A stretch of DNA of 64,000 bases from Podarcis pityusensis (lineage: Eukaryota), in the NCBI GenBank assembly GCA_964106645.2, contig OZ067038.1; one strand, 5' to 3'. The notes under the pieces were generated by a model, which was given only the letters and a program-made list of their open reading frames with translations, searched no databases and was not told where the DNA came from. Shown in pieces: positions 1-13,566 of the stretch (positions are counted from its first letter, which is position 1; each line of letters begins with the position of its first letter). Made by a program: the position numbers and the translations under genes.

Positions 1-293
1 ACAACATTTGATTGACTGGTAGATGGCGCTGCCTACCTGTCAAAGTGACCCACAAAGGGAGGAGAGCTCAGCATCCGGCCCACTGGCCGTAGCATGTGTC
101 ACAGTAAAACTTGATTAGAAAAACCACACCTTTTATTGGCAATATCTTGAAAAAATGTCTAAAGGAGAGAAAAGATAGATTTCAGAAAACCAGTTGATAT
201 TATGTCCAGTATGATAAAATACATATTCTTCAAAGTACCATGTATAGTTATCATAATGCAGCTGCAATACTTATCAAAACAGTGACACTTAAT

Positions 294-295
<2 letters not shown>

Positions 296-332
<37 letters not shown>
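296..332. repeat. (CA)n microsatellite
   Basis: Direct reading. Confidence 0.98.
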
Positions 333-334
<2 letters not shown>

Positions 335-978
335 TTGTGCAAAATCTCTTTTCTGTTGCCGCTGTCCTTGTTTTCAGGTGTAGTATGTAGAAATAGGGAG
401 AAGAAAATGTTTTGCAATGTGAAATATGGATGTACTGTATTGGATGACTGGCCTGTTCTCTACAGCATTTGAAATGCTTACATTTCAATCAGCAGTAAAT
501 GGTGCTTCAGGGGAATAGAGTGTAAGGCCAGGCTTTATGAAGATAGATTATCTAGTTCATGAAACAGTTTTCATTCTTCTCTAAAGCAGTTAGGGCCAGT
601 TCACATGATTATCCATTACAGATTCCCACCCCCCCTTTGACCTGCTTTCACTGTGTTCATGGCAGAAAGATAATCTGAATTGTTGCACACCAGAGCAAAT
701 CACAGTTCTGCTCAGCAAGCATTAGGAAGGTTTGGGATGGTGGGGGGAGTTTAAAAGAAGTGCTTCTGCTCTTAAACTCCACACACAGCTGGACATACCT
801 TGCTGGGTCTTGTTTAATGAAATATTGCTTCTACTTTAAAAAAGAAAAGTTCACTGTTTAAGCAGACTTTCAAACAGCAAAATTATTTGGATAGTGAGAG
901 GAATATTAATAATAATTTTCCTGGTTAGCAGTTTCTGCAGTTAGTGATATTTAAAACGTTCCTTGCTGAGAACCATTT

Positions 979-1116
979 CATAGAATTGTATCGCTGGAAG
1001 GGACCACGAGGGTCATCTAGTACAACTCCTTCAATACAAGAATCTTTTGCCAAACATGGGGCTTGAACCCATAACCCTGAGATTAAGAGTCTGTTGCTCT
1101 ACTGACGGAGCTATCC
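979..1116 (-). mobile_element. tRNA-Lys-derived SINE with CR1-like 3' tail
   Basis: Minus strand GGATAGCTC..GTAGAGCA..AGACTCTTAATCTCAGGGTTATGGGTTCAAGCCCCA (tRNA-Lys CTT-like head with A/B boxes), then ...GATGACCCTCGTGGTCCCTTCCA...ATTCTATG. Confidence 0.7.
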
Positions 1117-2521
1117 AACATGCCAGAATAGAGGGGGAAACATGCAAACACCTCTGTAGATGTATACACAGTGGGGGGCATCCAGTTGTGTCCATTCTTG
1201 AGTAGAATAGACTTCTGCACACATGGTGGGACTTCCCATTCCTCTCCACCACCACCCCGCTTCCCCTGTCCCCTGCATAACCCAAAATCTGCATGGGGGC
1301 AGCAGGGATAGAAAAGGAAGCGAAAGTCTTGCTGGGCAACTAGAAATCCACTACCTGGGACATTATCCCACCTTTATACATATGTGCATATGATGCTTAT
1401 GTGCATACGATGATCAACATGAGGGTTCTATGCAAAGAAAGATAGAAGTCTTTATTTGTAAGAATTGTGTCACATTTCAGAAAGCCATTGGATCTCCCTC
1501 CCACCCACCAATCATTTCACACCCAAGCTGTGCTCCCTCCAACCTTGCCAAATTCAAAGTGAATTAATTTAGAATCTAAAGCCTTCAAGGCTGGTGCAGA
1601 CATAATATTACTCTGTCTTTTACCCACATGCTTCCCCCGCAGCCTTGCTCATTTGTGTGAATTCCCCCTCTCCTCTCTCTTACACTGCAGAGCAGGGCCT
1701 CATCTTAGCTAGTGTTTGAAGACGGTTTAACAAAAAACCTAGTCCATTTAGCAGGAAATAGCCAGAACATAATATAGTTAAGGGAGAAAGGAAGATGCTA
1801 GTGAAGGCAGTACAGATTATCACAGCCTGCTTCTGGATTTCCTAACTCTGTTTATTGGGGAACAGTATATCTGCACCTGACCCATAGTTGCATTATACTG
1901 CCTTCACTTCTTCAGAATACTAGCCATTGTTAGGCGGCCCAAGGAGGCTAACACGTTTTTCTTTTCCAAATGACACTCCCCATTCCATGGCTTTTGTAAA
2001 CTGCTGAGCATGCTCAGTCCTCACTGATCCCCCCCCCCCCGGATTCCCCCCCTTTACTTTTTATTTTAAGTTAAATACCTCTTAATTTTACTTCAGAAAT
2101 TCTATACTTTTGTGTCCCTGGAGTATGTGGAAATTGCCACCTTATTTGTAGGCTAGTTGAGTGACAATCTGCTTAGCTGCCAAACTAACAATTGCTATTA
2201 GAGGAAATGATGGATATTGGAACTGGTTTAAGTGCAGAATAGTTGTAGTGTATGTCTGCTATAGTATGCATTTTAGTTTCTGCCTATTAAAATTATAGTG
2301 TAATCTCTCAACAGTTTGACAGTTGTGTCCTTTTGAGTGTCAATATTCATTTTACTTTGGCTAAAGCCCATCCTTGAGTTGCTCTTTAGGGCTGCAGCAT
2401 ATAAATGTGTTTTTAAAATATGTTTCTTCCCTCATGCAGTGCCAGGAAACTTAACCTGCTGTCCAATATATATTGATATATGTAGTTAAATCATTTCTGT
2501 CTTTGTACGGGTTGTTTTTAG

Positions 2522-5500
2522 ATTCTGGCATAGACCATCAGTTCCTTCTCAAACAATTTGAGCATCTGAACCACGACAACCCTCACACTTTTGAAGCTAA
2601 AGATTTAGACATGCTAATCAAAGCTGTAAGTGTTGAGCAAATGTTTTCCAGATGCTTGCTTGCTGCTACTGCTGTATTTTTCTTTAGTGGAATCTACTTT
2701 TTCTCCCTCCCCTGCCTCCATTTTGAATAACTTTCATAGTTACCTCAAGAGTCATAGTCTGAGAATCCCATTTGGCTCCGTAATGTAATATTGTGCCACA
2801 GGAGACATTTATGTGCATTTGAAAACAGTCTGCTCATTTTTCTCATAGTGCCTCATGCGACTTGCATCCCCAAGCCAACATAAGCAATCTTTGAAGGCTT
2901 TTACAGAGCCTTTAAATTGAGCGCTCTTTTGACCTTTGCCAGCTAATACTGGCAAATTTTCTTCTCTGATTCCTTTAGCAATTTTATGTAAGTGTATTTG
3001 GATATGTACAAAAGATTTTAACTAGTTTTGCGTTGATTAATCACCTGTCTTTTAACTAGTTAACTGCTTTAGGTTTAGACTGATTTGCATTTTGCCAAAA
3101 CCTAAAGATAGGTTCTTTTGAAGTAGCAAAAAATAAATGAAACTTACAAATAAATAAACAAAAGCTGCAACACCATCTTCAAAAAGGGCATTTTTCATTC
3201 TCTCTTTTTTCCACATTAAACTTGATAGAATCAAAATAGTCTCAAAATATAAGCAGGTGTTTCCCAACGTGATCAAAATTGGTCCCCATAGATCAAAAGC
3301 AGGGATGGAGAACCTGTGATGCTCCAGATGTTATTGGATTGCAGCTCCAATGAGTAGCAGTTGGAGAGACCACCAGGTCCCCATCGCTGAGCTAATGAAT
3401 CAGCCAATTAAAGCTGCTTGCTTTGAAATTGAAAAGTATGTTTAGATTTGCAATCCATCCTCTCCTGAAGGCTTGGGGAGGGTAACAGTATTGCAGACAC
3501 AAAAACACCAAATAGACCCTTTTGCTTAACTAAATAATTGGGAAGGACAACTGTCAGAGGAGGGAAAGCCTTACAGATACAGTGGTACCTCGGGTTACGA
3601 ACTTAATTTGTTCCGGAGGTCCCTTCTTAACCTGAAACCATTATTAATCTGAGGTGCACTTTCGCTAATGCTAGCAACAACCCTTTAAAAATAACTAGTA
3701 CCACATTATTATTAAGAAGTTGCAGATGGCAAGGCTGAGACTTCAGTATAGTGAATTTTTAGCTCCCCCTAGTGAGTTCATAGCTGAGTGAGATTTCCAC
3801 CGGGAGACTTTGTGACTCATTGTTAGCACACTTTCCTTAAGCAAATAGAGAATTAAGGAAATGGGACTGAGTTTGCTCTTGAAGAATGACTGTGAGAACC
3901 ACTGTAGAAAAATGGACAGAAGCATAATCAAAATGGCACTACTGGCATAGTCAGCTGCATTTTCAGGTTATGCTAAACCATAGTTTACTTGTACAACATT
4001 AACAAGTAGGAATGAGCCTAAGCAAGCCTTGGGCTTACCAGCTCCCTCCTCCTGTTGTTGATTGGTTGGGATGAGAATAATGGACCAATAGCGATCCCTC
4101 CAATGTTAATGACTTGCAAGATGGGTGGGTTAAGATGATGGACAGTTACAGGAGCCACTGGTGGGGATGGTTCTGCTGTGGTGGAGGCCCCAGCTATGCC
4201 CAGATGGACAATAAGCCACAGTAAGATCTGAGAGCATTCTGGGATTGAATCTTTGAGAGGTCCAACTTTTTGATTCCTCAGCTTTATCAGTCTGGAGCTG
4301 GTATGGTGAAATTAAATGCATATATATAAATACCTTTCACCTTGCCCAGCCTTCTTCCAACTTGGTCCCCAGCAGATGTTCTGAACTACAACTCCCAACA
4401 CACCCGACACTTGGCCATGCTGGCTGGGGTTGATGGCAATTGTATATTGAATTGCTTTGTACTGTACACTTAAGGTAATTCTGATACAGCAGAGGCATTC
4501 AGTAAAGGTATGCTTCTCATTAAGTGACACATTTCACAGTTCTTAAGCAGTTTACCTCTGAGTGTGTGTTGTTTTTCAAGCAGTGCAAAAATTCATTCAA
4601 ATAAAGGGTTTTAACCTCTGGTCAGGGGCGAACGAAGGCTAACCAACACCCAGGGCGGGGCAAACGGCTGGCTGCGCACGCGTTGCGCCGCTACGAACGA
4701 TGCATGTGTGGCATTGCTACATACGACGCATGTGTGCTGTCGCTATGTAGGACGCATGTGCGGCACTGCTACGTACAGCACATACGTGCGACACCAAGCA
4801 TGCGTTGTACATAGCGATTTGCCGCCGGCGCCGCCCGAGCGCCATACGGACGTTGGTGGGATCCTCTGCTCGCAGTGGCGGTGGAGGGATCTTCTGCTTG
4901 CGGCTGTAGTGGCGACGGAGGGATCCCACCACCATCCGTATGGCGCTCGAGTGGCACCGGTGGCAAACCACTATGTACAGCGCATGTGCGGCATCGCTAC
5001 AAACCGCGCATGCGTGTGACACCGTGCATGCGTTGTATGTAGCGGTTTGCCGCCAGTGCCGCTCAGGCGCTGTACAGACAGTGGCGGGATCCTCCACTCG
5101 CGGCTGCAGCCACAAACGGAGGATCCTTCACATGTGGCTGCGGCGGTGCAACAGCTGCTGGCGCTGCCACGCCCGGGGGGCGGCAGGGTGAGCACCCCAC
5201 GGGGTGCCTTCTTGTCACCCCCGAGACATGGCACCCAGGGTGCACCACCACCCTGTCCCCCCTTGCGACGCCACTGGCTCCGGTGTGCTATAGTACTCAC
5301 CCAGTCAGGATCAGCTTGTCCAGCCCTGAGCACTGGATGGCCAGGAAGCCACCAGAGACTCCCAGCTTTGCAGGAGCCCACTCAAATGTTAATGGAAAAA
5401 GACAAAACTAATAGTTTCCTCATTGATGTAGTGGTGGCAGTTCATTTCAAAAAAGAATGCGTTGGGCAGCTTATCTCCCTGTCCTCATTTAAAGGCAGTG

Positions 5501-8500
5501 CCTGGTCAATGGTACTGGTGGTCAGGGTGTGATAACTTTGAAGTTTTATTTCTTTTTGGCTATATCTTTACATTTCGGGTTGGGGGCACACTAGTTGACT
5601 GTTGTATAAGGGGCCCGCAAAATCATGGAATCAGCTTTGCGACTCTGCCTCTCTTATAATTTTACCATTGCTTAACTCCCTGGATTTTCTGTGTTGCATA
5701 TCTTATTGTTTGAGTTGATGTGGTTTTTCAGTTGTTAGTGACAGATATTAAACCACTTCATATACGCTTTCCTTTCATAAGTAAATTGGAAGGAAAGAGT
5801 GTGGTATCGTATTTTTCGCTCTATAAGACGCACCAGACCACAAGACGCACCTAGTTTTTGGAACAGGAAAACAAGAAAAAAAATATTCTGAATCTCAGAA
5901 GCCAGAACAGCAAGAGGGAGCGCTGCGCAGTGAAAGCAGCAATCCCTCTTGCTGTTCTGGCTTCTGGGATAGCTGCGCAGCCTTCCTTTGGTCCATAAGA
6001 TGCACACACATTTCCCCTTACTTTTTAGGAGGGAAAAAGTGAGTCTTATAGAGCAAAAAATACAGTATATCAGCTGTTCAGCATGACCTCAGACCCACTG
6101 CTGGGACACACACAAAGCTTGGATAAAAGGAGTATTTTGTGCTTCATATTGCAGTGGTCAAAAAACATAGTATTCTTAATTGATTTTTAATTTGTAGGCC
6201 ACAAGTGACTTAGAAAACTATGACAAGACTCGTCATGAGGAGTTTAAGAAATATGAGATGATGAAAGAACATGAAAGAAGAGAATATTTAAAAACACTGG
6301 ATGAAGAAAAGAGACGACAAGAAGAAGCTAAGTATGAAGAACTGAAGAAAAAGCACAGTAATCACCCCAAAGTTAACCATCCTGTAAGGACATGGTTTGT
6401 GTCTACCATATAGTGAAGGTGTATTCAGGCGTTATGAATTAAAAGGAGAATAAATAAAAGTACAGTGGTGCCCCGCAAGACGAATGCCTCGCAAGACGGA
6501 AAACCCGCTAGACGAAAGGGTTTTCCGTTTTTGAGTTGCTTCACAGGACGAATTTCCCTATGGGCTTGCTTCGCAAGACGAAAATGTCTTGCGAGTCTTG
6601 AGATTTTTTTTTCGCTTTCCCCCCCCCCTTTATCTAAGCCGCTAAGCCTTTAATAGCCTTTTAGCAGCTAATCCGCTAAGCCTTTAAGCCTTTAATAGCC
6701 GCTAAACCGCTAATAGCGCTAATCCGTTAAGCCGCTAATAGGGTTGCTTCGCAAGACGAAAAAACCGCTAGACGAAGACACTCGCGGAACGGATTAATTT
6801 CGTCTTGCGAGGCACCACTGTAGTGGGATATGCTTTATAGGTGCACTTAAATTTGGTTTGGTTATTGAACTGGCAGGACTTTACTGAACTGAAATATCAT
6901 TTTATATGCTTCCTTTCCAGCCATTTCTTATTTGATTTACATTTATGAGAAGGGACTGAGATCTGTGCTTCCTTTGAAAACTTTTCTAATACATGTTTGA
7001 GCTGCAGCTTTCATTACAACTTCTTCTGTGGGGAATAGAACCTGACCAAGTTCTACCTCCCCTTATGTTATGCCCATCTGTTAATAAGAGTGGCATTGTA
7101 GAATGATCCAAATGGTTCTTGACCATGTGTAACATATTGTTTCATTTTTGTTATCAGCTCTGCTGACAATTTAGGAATTCCTACTGAAGATGTTGACATT
7201 AATAGATGATAGATGTGTGCTTTTCAGTGTGTGTGTGGGGGGGGAATAACTAGATTTTGAAGCTTTTTTTAGAAAGGTAATATGGATTTATTTGGCACAA
7301 TGTGGTTGCAAGAACTGTCTATCTAATCATTTGCATTATTGCTTTTTCTGATCAACTTACAGGGAAGTAAAGACCAATTGAAAGAGGTGTGGGAGGAGGC
7401 AGATGGACTGGACCCCAATGATTTCGATCCAAAGACTTTTTTCAAGTTGCATGGTAAGGAGCATAATTTTTTCCTGTAAAAAATTAAGCAACTTGAGTGA
7501 TACTCTTGGGATTGCCTTCTCTGGAGCAATACCTTCATCATGTGACAACAAAGAATATTAAGTAAATTAACATCGGTAGTAGGGTAAAATCCCATTATGC
7601 AGATCAGGGCTGAGGTGATACAATTTATCAGACAGTTGAGTTCTAATTCAGCATTTTCACATTGGAGTGTCCCTTTTGTACTGGAGTTTATCTACATGTG
7701 TATAGGTCCTTGTAACACAACAATTTCTATAACTGGTGGGCTTGTTGCGCTTATTTTCATTTTGGCACTATTTACCTCAACAGTCTGGAGTCCATACTGA
7801 GGAAGAAAATAATAATGTTTTGAAGAAGGACTACAACTTAGATTCATTTTCAGCTTGCCTTGTATTTTTAAAACTCATGCCAATTACCCTTTCAAGGACT
7901 TGAAAACTAGTCTGGTAATTATACATGACCTTCTGGACAGATTACTCAGTCTTTTGAAGGTTCTTTAAAGCTGCAATAAGCAGAATTTCCAAAACTGCTA
8001 AAGAATCAATATTCAGATCTGGGCAAAGGGGCCAGAGCTTATAAGGCTATGCTCTGCAAAATAAAACCCTCTTTTGCTGTTATTGTTAGGAAGTAAGTCT
8101 GGGCAAGGTTGTCCCAGCTGCCCTCCAGCCACTGGGACTAAAGAACCTGTAAAATATCAGGAAATGGGACTGAGAGTTAACCCCTCCTCATTTCTGTTCT
8201 CTATTTATCCCTGCTATTACACAATGGCTGTGTGTGGCAAAGTGACTTTATCAACATTATGGTGTTGTGACAAATGTGCAGGGCTGGACAGATCTGAAGC
8301 AGATACATATAAAGAATAGTATCCGAGACAGATAGTTAATTCCTTTCTAAGTTAAATAGCACCAACAATTTCTAAACAGCAGTTAGGCACTGAAATCTTA
8401 CAAAGGTCATGGATGTTCACACCCTTGTCTAACAGGCCCTTGCTTCAAAAGTTAATTATTAAAAGTCAAGCTGCCATGATTTAATGCAGATAAACATGAT

Positions 8501-9794
8501 TCAGTATCGGTGTGGCTAAGTGGGATCTTATCAAGGGGAGAAGGGTAAAGAGAGGCAATGTATGAATTTTGAATATATTCAAGGCTATTTATGTATTAAG
8601 ATTTTATTTTGAGCTATGTTTTGGTTTCCGATTTAATTATAAGAGAATGGAAGCCTGAAGAGCACTTCTAGATTTTCTTTGCTAATAGAACACAAAACCA
8701 AATAGTCAACAGCAACAGTCTGGTCAGTAGCTAAATAGAAAAATAAGCGTGCTGTGCTAAAATATTTTGTTAGATATAGATGTTAATCAAGTTGGGATTG
8801 TAGCCTGCTACAAGTGAATTAGACCTGGTGTGCATGAGTGTGCTAATGCTTTGGTGTTCTATATTTATATGCATTATACTTTTTATAGATGTCAATAATG
8901 ATCATTTTCTGGATGAGCAGGAGTTAGAAGCCCTGTTTACTAAAGAGGTAAGTGATGCACATTACATGGAAACTCTTCCTTACAATTAGTTGATATTTAA
9001 GGACTTCTTTCTATATAAAAATGGCAGCACTGGTAATATTTATGTATTCACCAAAGATGTGTTAAAGGCTATTTAAAAAAAAACCCAAAAAAAAAAACTA
9101 CCCAGGTCAATTATTCAAGGAAAAACAATATATTCTGGAACAGGGAGCAATACGAGATAGTTACTTTCAAACTTTGAAAGTCCATTGCTAAAACCTATAG
9201 ATGCAAGGGCAAAACATAAAAACTTCATACCAGGAACTGATGCCATTTACGAAATTAGCTATTGATTTCATATTCAGGCTGGGACTAGCTACCTGGCATG
9301 CATATTTCCAGTGTCTAGGCATAGAAATGCAAGGGGCTTTTACATATCTGTACATACAGAGTGGACCAATGCCCAAATGTCTTGGTAAGTTCAAAATTTG
9401 GATAGTTGATATACTGGTCCAGTCTGAAGAGGATAAGCCAAAAGACTTCAATTCAATTCAAACTGATTTTGTACCAATATGTATTTTATATTGGCATAAA
9501 AAGCAGTAATTTCTTGATTTGAAAACAGAAGCCAACTCTGTTTGACGTATTTATATAGTTAAACAATAACAGGGATGGATAATCTGTTTCAAGCATATTC
9601 CTTAAGTTCAGTGATGTATTTGCTTCTGTTTTAGCTAGAGAAAGTCTATGATCCCAAAAATGAAGAAGATGATATGGTAGAAATGGAAGAAGAGAGGCTA
9701 CGAATGAGAGAACATGTCATGAATGAGGTGAGGCCAAAACATCACTCTTTTATAAATAATTGTAGTAGGCAAAACCCTTTTGTTACCACATTCA

Positions 9795-9838
<44 letters not shown>

Positions 9839-12473
9839 CACACCCTAATGTCTCTATATCCCTGGTCTGTTCCAGGCAGCTGCTAGTGGGAATATGAAAT
9901 TCTCACATAAGGATGGTGACAGTCACAGTGACAAGCAATTCTAAAATGTTATCACTAGGATGGCAGTGTCCCTTGTGGTGGGCACTAATGCATTCTGACC
10001 CTTAGACATTAAAAAATTAGGACTGGAGGAAATACACATAGTTGCTTGGTAACATTGTATAGTATTTTCCAGTGAGGAATCCAAGCTTTTGAAGAACTCT
10101 CAAGAATTAACTGTGTGGACCTTACATAGGAGAAGCCCTTTGAACACATTAGGACTTACTTCTGAGTACCGTAAACGTGCATTGGATTATACTGTGAGTG
10201 AGTGTGTAGGAGGGGAATTCATTTGGCCACACTGAAGACTTTGTTTTCAGTCATCATTTCCCCCTCAGAATAATGTGGTGCCTGTGCTGTAACATTAAAA
10301 TACTGTATCTTTTGAAAATCTTTTGAAAAGCTGAATACAAATGCAAGTACCTAAAGTGTACTTATCCACTTGTACCTCTTATAAAAGGTTGACATCAACA
10401 AGGACCGGTTAGTGACTTTGGAAGAATTCTTGAGAGCTACAGAGAAAAAAGAGTTTTTGGAGCCAGAAAGCTGGGAGGTAATCCTGCCATTTTTAAAGTA
10501 GAACATGCTGCAACCACCATCCTGACCCAAACCACAAGTAGTTGGTTTGTCTCAAGCCTTTGATTCTCTTCCCCCTTTCTTTGTTGTATTTATCTGTGCT
10601 TAATTATTAGCAACTTTATCAAAATAAAATCTGAACAGTGAGTCCAAGGACACTGTGCATACGCTACTTTATGGGACAATCTTAATGTTTGTGCATGCAT
10701 TTGAAATAGAATAAGCACAGGCATTTTGTCTGCAGTATTCTTTGAACAGAGCAGTCAGCGATTTATATTGGAAATACAGAGAGAGAATTGTGTTATCTTT
10801 TTTATAAAGTCAGGTTTATGCCATTTCTTCCCAGATCCTGAAAGAAACTGAGAACTGTTAAGTGCTGTAATGCTGTCCTGTATGCTTGGAAGCTGTCTTC
10901 CTTACAGTAATATCTCTATAAGCACAGAAGGAGTTCTCTTTGGCAAACAAGATTCTGTTGCACTTCACATTAAGTGAGAAAGAGTGTGGGGAAATTCAAG
11001 CCCAGCAGCATAGAGCAGATAATTGCACTGTTACCACAAATACAATCCATATGCATAAGCAGATTTCCATTCTTATTATTTATTAAACTTATTAGTCGCT
11101 TTATCTTGCTCAAGGCAACACAAAGCAACACAAAACCAACCAACCCCCCCCCCCATTCCTCACATAAATACATTAAAACAAAGTGGGGGTGGCACTTTCT
11201 GGACCACGGCTTATGTATGTAGGAAGGTGGGGGTGTGGAGGAGCAGAGGAAAACATACAGCACCAAAAGGTGTGAGCATACTGCTCCTGTATTGTGTGTG
11301 CACTGTTCAGCAAATGATCACTTCTTGAAAGTCTGATGTTGTCAACCGTCTTTAAGAAGCACAGATCTTCCTATACAGAAGATTCCTGGGGAGAGTGTTT
11401 CTGCTGGCAGGAGGTCCTGTGTGGACCCTCTTGTGGGGAAAAGCTAGGTAATGCTGCAGGCTGATGATTTTCCTTATCACTCCAATGGGCAGACCCTTAG
11501 TCTTTTCAAAGTCAAGTTCCTGTCAAGGTGTGTGAATTGTGCATGGACAAAGATCAGGAACTTGTTAGAAAAAGGAGGGGCGCTTGAGGAACCTTGCTAT
11601 TCTACCCCCCCCCCCCTTCTGGTAAGAATTTAGCTAGTGTAAAATGCTTCTCTTTATCAAAACTTCGGATCATCATAAAAAATATTGTATCTTGCACACA
11701 TATTTCAAAAGGTGGGTCTATAGAATAATTTGTGAATTGCTTCTTAATTTTTTCAACATTGAACTTTCTTTGAGGGGTTTGTGTTTTATTCTTGTTGTTT
11801 TTAAGACCCTGGACCAACAACAGGTCTTCACTGAAGACGATCTGAAGGAATTTGAAAGTCACATTTCCCAGCAAGAAGATGAACTGAACAAGCAAGCACT
11901 AGAACTTCAGAAAAGGAAAGAAGAACTACAGAGACAACACGACCACCTTCAAGCTCAGAGACAAGAACTCCAGCAGGTACCATCTGAATAGCTGCAAATT
12001 TCCTTTGGTTATAGATAACGGAATTCATTGTATTTATTGTTTAGTAAGAACAGAACAAATTATCATTTCTTGTTCTGAAAGTATACTGTCTTTGGAATGC
12101 AGCAGCTGGGTCTGCTGCTCAGACATACCAGACCTCGAAAGGTTGGAGTGATCTTTTAGGTATTGTGGTCCTAAGCTGCATAGGGCTTTATACACCAGTA
12201 CCTGTACCAATAGCAGCACCTTAAAAATAGCTTGGTTGCTAATTGGCAGCCAGTGCAATTTTTTTTTAGCAGCAGTATAAAGTGATGGTGATATTCTGTG
12301 TTAAAGAGCTGTAAAGTTACTGCATGTTGAACAGTACTGAACTAGATTATTGGATTTAGGAGGACTTGTTCCAGAGAAAAGAAGAATCCATGCAAAGCTG
12401 AGTTTATTTAAGAAGGCATTTTGTTGCAGACTTTACTGTGATACACAAGAACTATATGGATGTTCATATTCAA

Positions 12474-12509
<36 letters not shown>

Positions 12510-13566
12510 CTTTATTGCATGAAATTAACACCCCGATACACCCTGGATTACCTATTTTCCATTTCATTCCATGTACGTTTGTAACTGCCCAACAGGCTGT
12601 CCAACAAATGGAACAGAAGAAGTTACAGCAAGGACATCCTCCTTCGGGACCAGGTGGAGAACTGAAATTCCAGCCACGTATGTAAATTAATTATTCTCTT
12701 TCTCACACACACACATATTATTGATGATGGTGTTCATTGCTTGTGAGAAAAACTATTTATGCCCTCAGTGCGATTCAGAACCAAATTTATAGCTTGGCAC
12801 TTAATATTCTACTGCAAATAAGAGAAGGAGCCTTCCAACCCATTAGATTGGAATGTAACATGTTTGAACACTTGGATGCCTGAAACTGAACCCCTACCCA
12901 AATACTTTCCTTGCCAGATAATTCAAATGAAAGAATCTATCATGTTTTACTATGAAATAGGGGCACCTTTCATACAAACTCCAAATATATCTCTTAGCAG
13001 CTGTACATGAAAGAGAGAGATATAATTTGGGCAAGTGTGTCTTTGTATGTGAGAGGGGGGAAAAGATGCATTTTCATAAAAGAGAGCCATTGAAAATGGA
13101 AAATACCATTGAAATTTAAAATACCATTGAAAATGGAGCTATAAAATCTTACTGCACATAAATGAACAAGCAAATACTGCAGACCTTCTTTGTTCTCTGA
13201 AAGGTGATTTTATGCAAGGAAAAAAATATCTAGTACCATAAATATGTGGAGTTCTGCTCTAATAACCTTTGGGGACGTTTTGACTATATGTGATTTCAGC
13301 TTTATGCATAACCCCCTGTAATGTAACCCCCATGTAAAATTTGAGTCTACTAAAATATGTAGAACCACACTTTCTGAGATTTGGATTACCAGGTAATTGT
13401 TCAACAGAACTAACCTTTGTTTTTTGTATTTTGTGTTACAGCTGCATCACAACCAGTTGGAAATGTTCAAAATCATCCTGCGGGAGGCAGTCAGCCTTTA
13501 CCACCAGGAAGCATACCAGTACAAGAAACAGCTGCAGGATCAGATCACGTTCAGTCTCACCCTTAA
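2522..13566 (+). CDS. NUCB2: Nucleobindin-2 (nesfatin precursor), 3' part: exons 2522-2625, 6198-6383, 7363-7453, 8889-8947, 9635-9727, 10388-10477, 11806-11976, 12596-12677, 13442-13566 (stop TAA 13564-13566); 5' exons lie upstream of the window
   Basis: Spliced translation [18 protein letters not shown]...[40 protein letters not shown].../[96 protein letters not shown].../...[10 protein letters not shown] closely matches vertebrate NUCB2 (two EF-hands, leucine zipper). All introns are GT-AG and frames are consistent. The last exon is somewhat less certain. Confidence 0.96.
3580..3670. mobile_element. Partial Tc1/mariner-pogo (Tigger-like) MITE, family A, left end only
   Basis: TA + CAGTGGTACCTCGGGTTA terminus shared with four full copies. 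Confidence 0.7.
4623..5276. mobile_element. hAT-like non-autonomous DNA element with internal degenerate tandem repeats
   Basis: Ends CAGGGGCG...CGCCACTG; imperfect 8-bp TSD cctctggt/gctccggt; CpG-rich internal ~27-30-bp repeats. Confidence 0.6.
5807..6065. mobile_element. Tc1/mariner-pogo-type MITE with an internal hairpin
   Basis: TIR CGTATTTTTCGCTCTATAAGAC / GTCTTATAGAGCAAAAAATACAG, flanked by TA. Confidence 0.8.
6463..6820. mobile_element. Tigger-like MITE, family B (short copy)
   Basis: TA-CAGTGGTGCCCCGCAAGACGAA...TTCGTCTTGCGAGGCACCACTG-TA; internal GCAAGACGAA and TAAGCCGCTAA subrepeats. Confidence 0.85.
9796..9836. repeat. (CA)n microsatellite
   Basis: Direct reading. Confidence 0.98.
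12476..12508. repeat. (TA)n microsatellite
   Basis: Direct reading. Confidence 0.97.

Noticed and set aside
1049-1116. tRNA-Lys gene
   Set aside because: Acceptor and T stems are mutated, it is fused to a CR1-like tail and a second diverged copy exists, so it is a SINE head.
4708-5532. Cluster of 60-160-aa ORFs / possible CpG-island promoter
   Set aside because: Explained by a GC-rich, repeat-containing transposon in a NUCB2 intron.
6640-6740. CRISPR-like or telomere-like short repeats (taagccgctaa)
   Set aside because: Eukaryotic context, no unique spacers, internal to a MITE.
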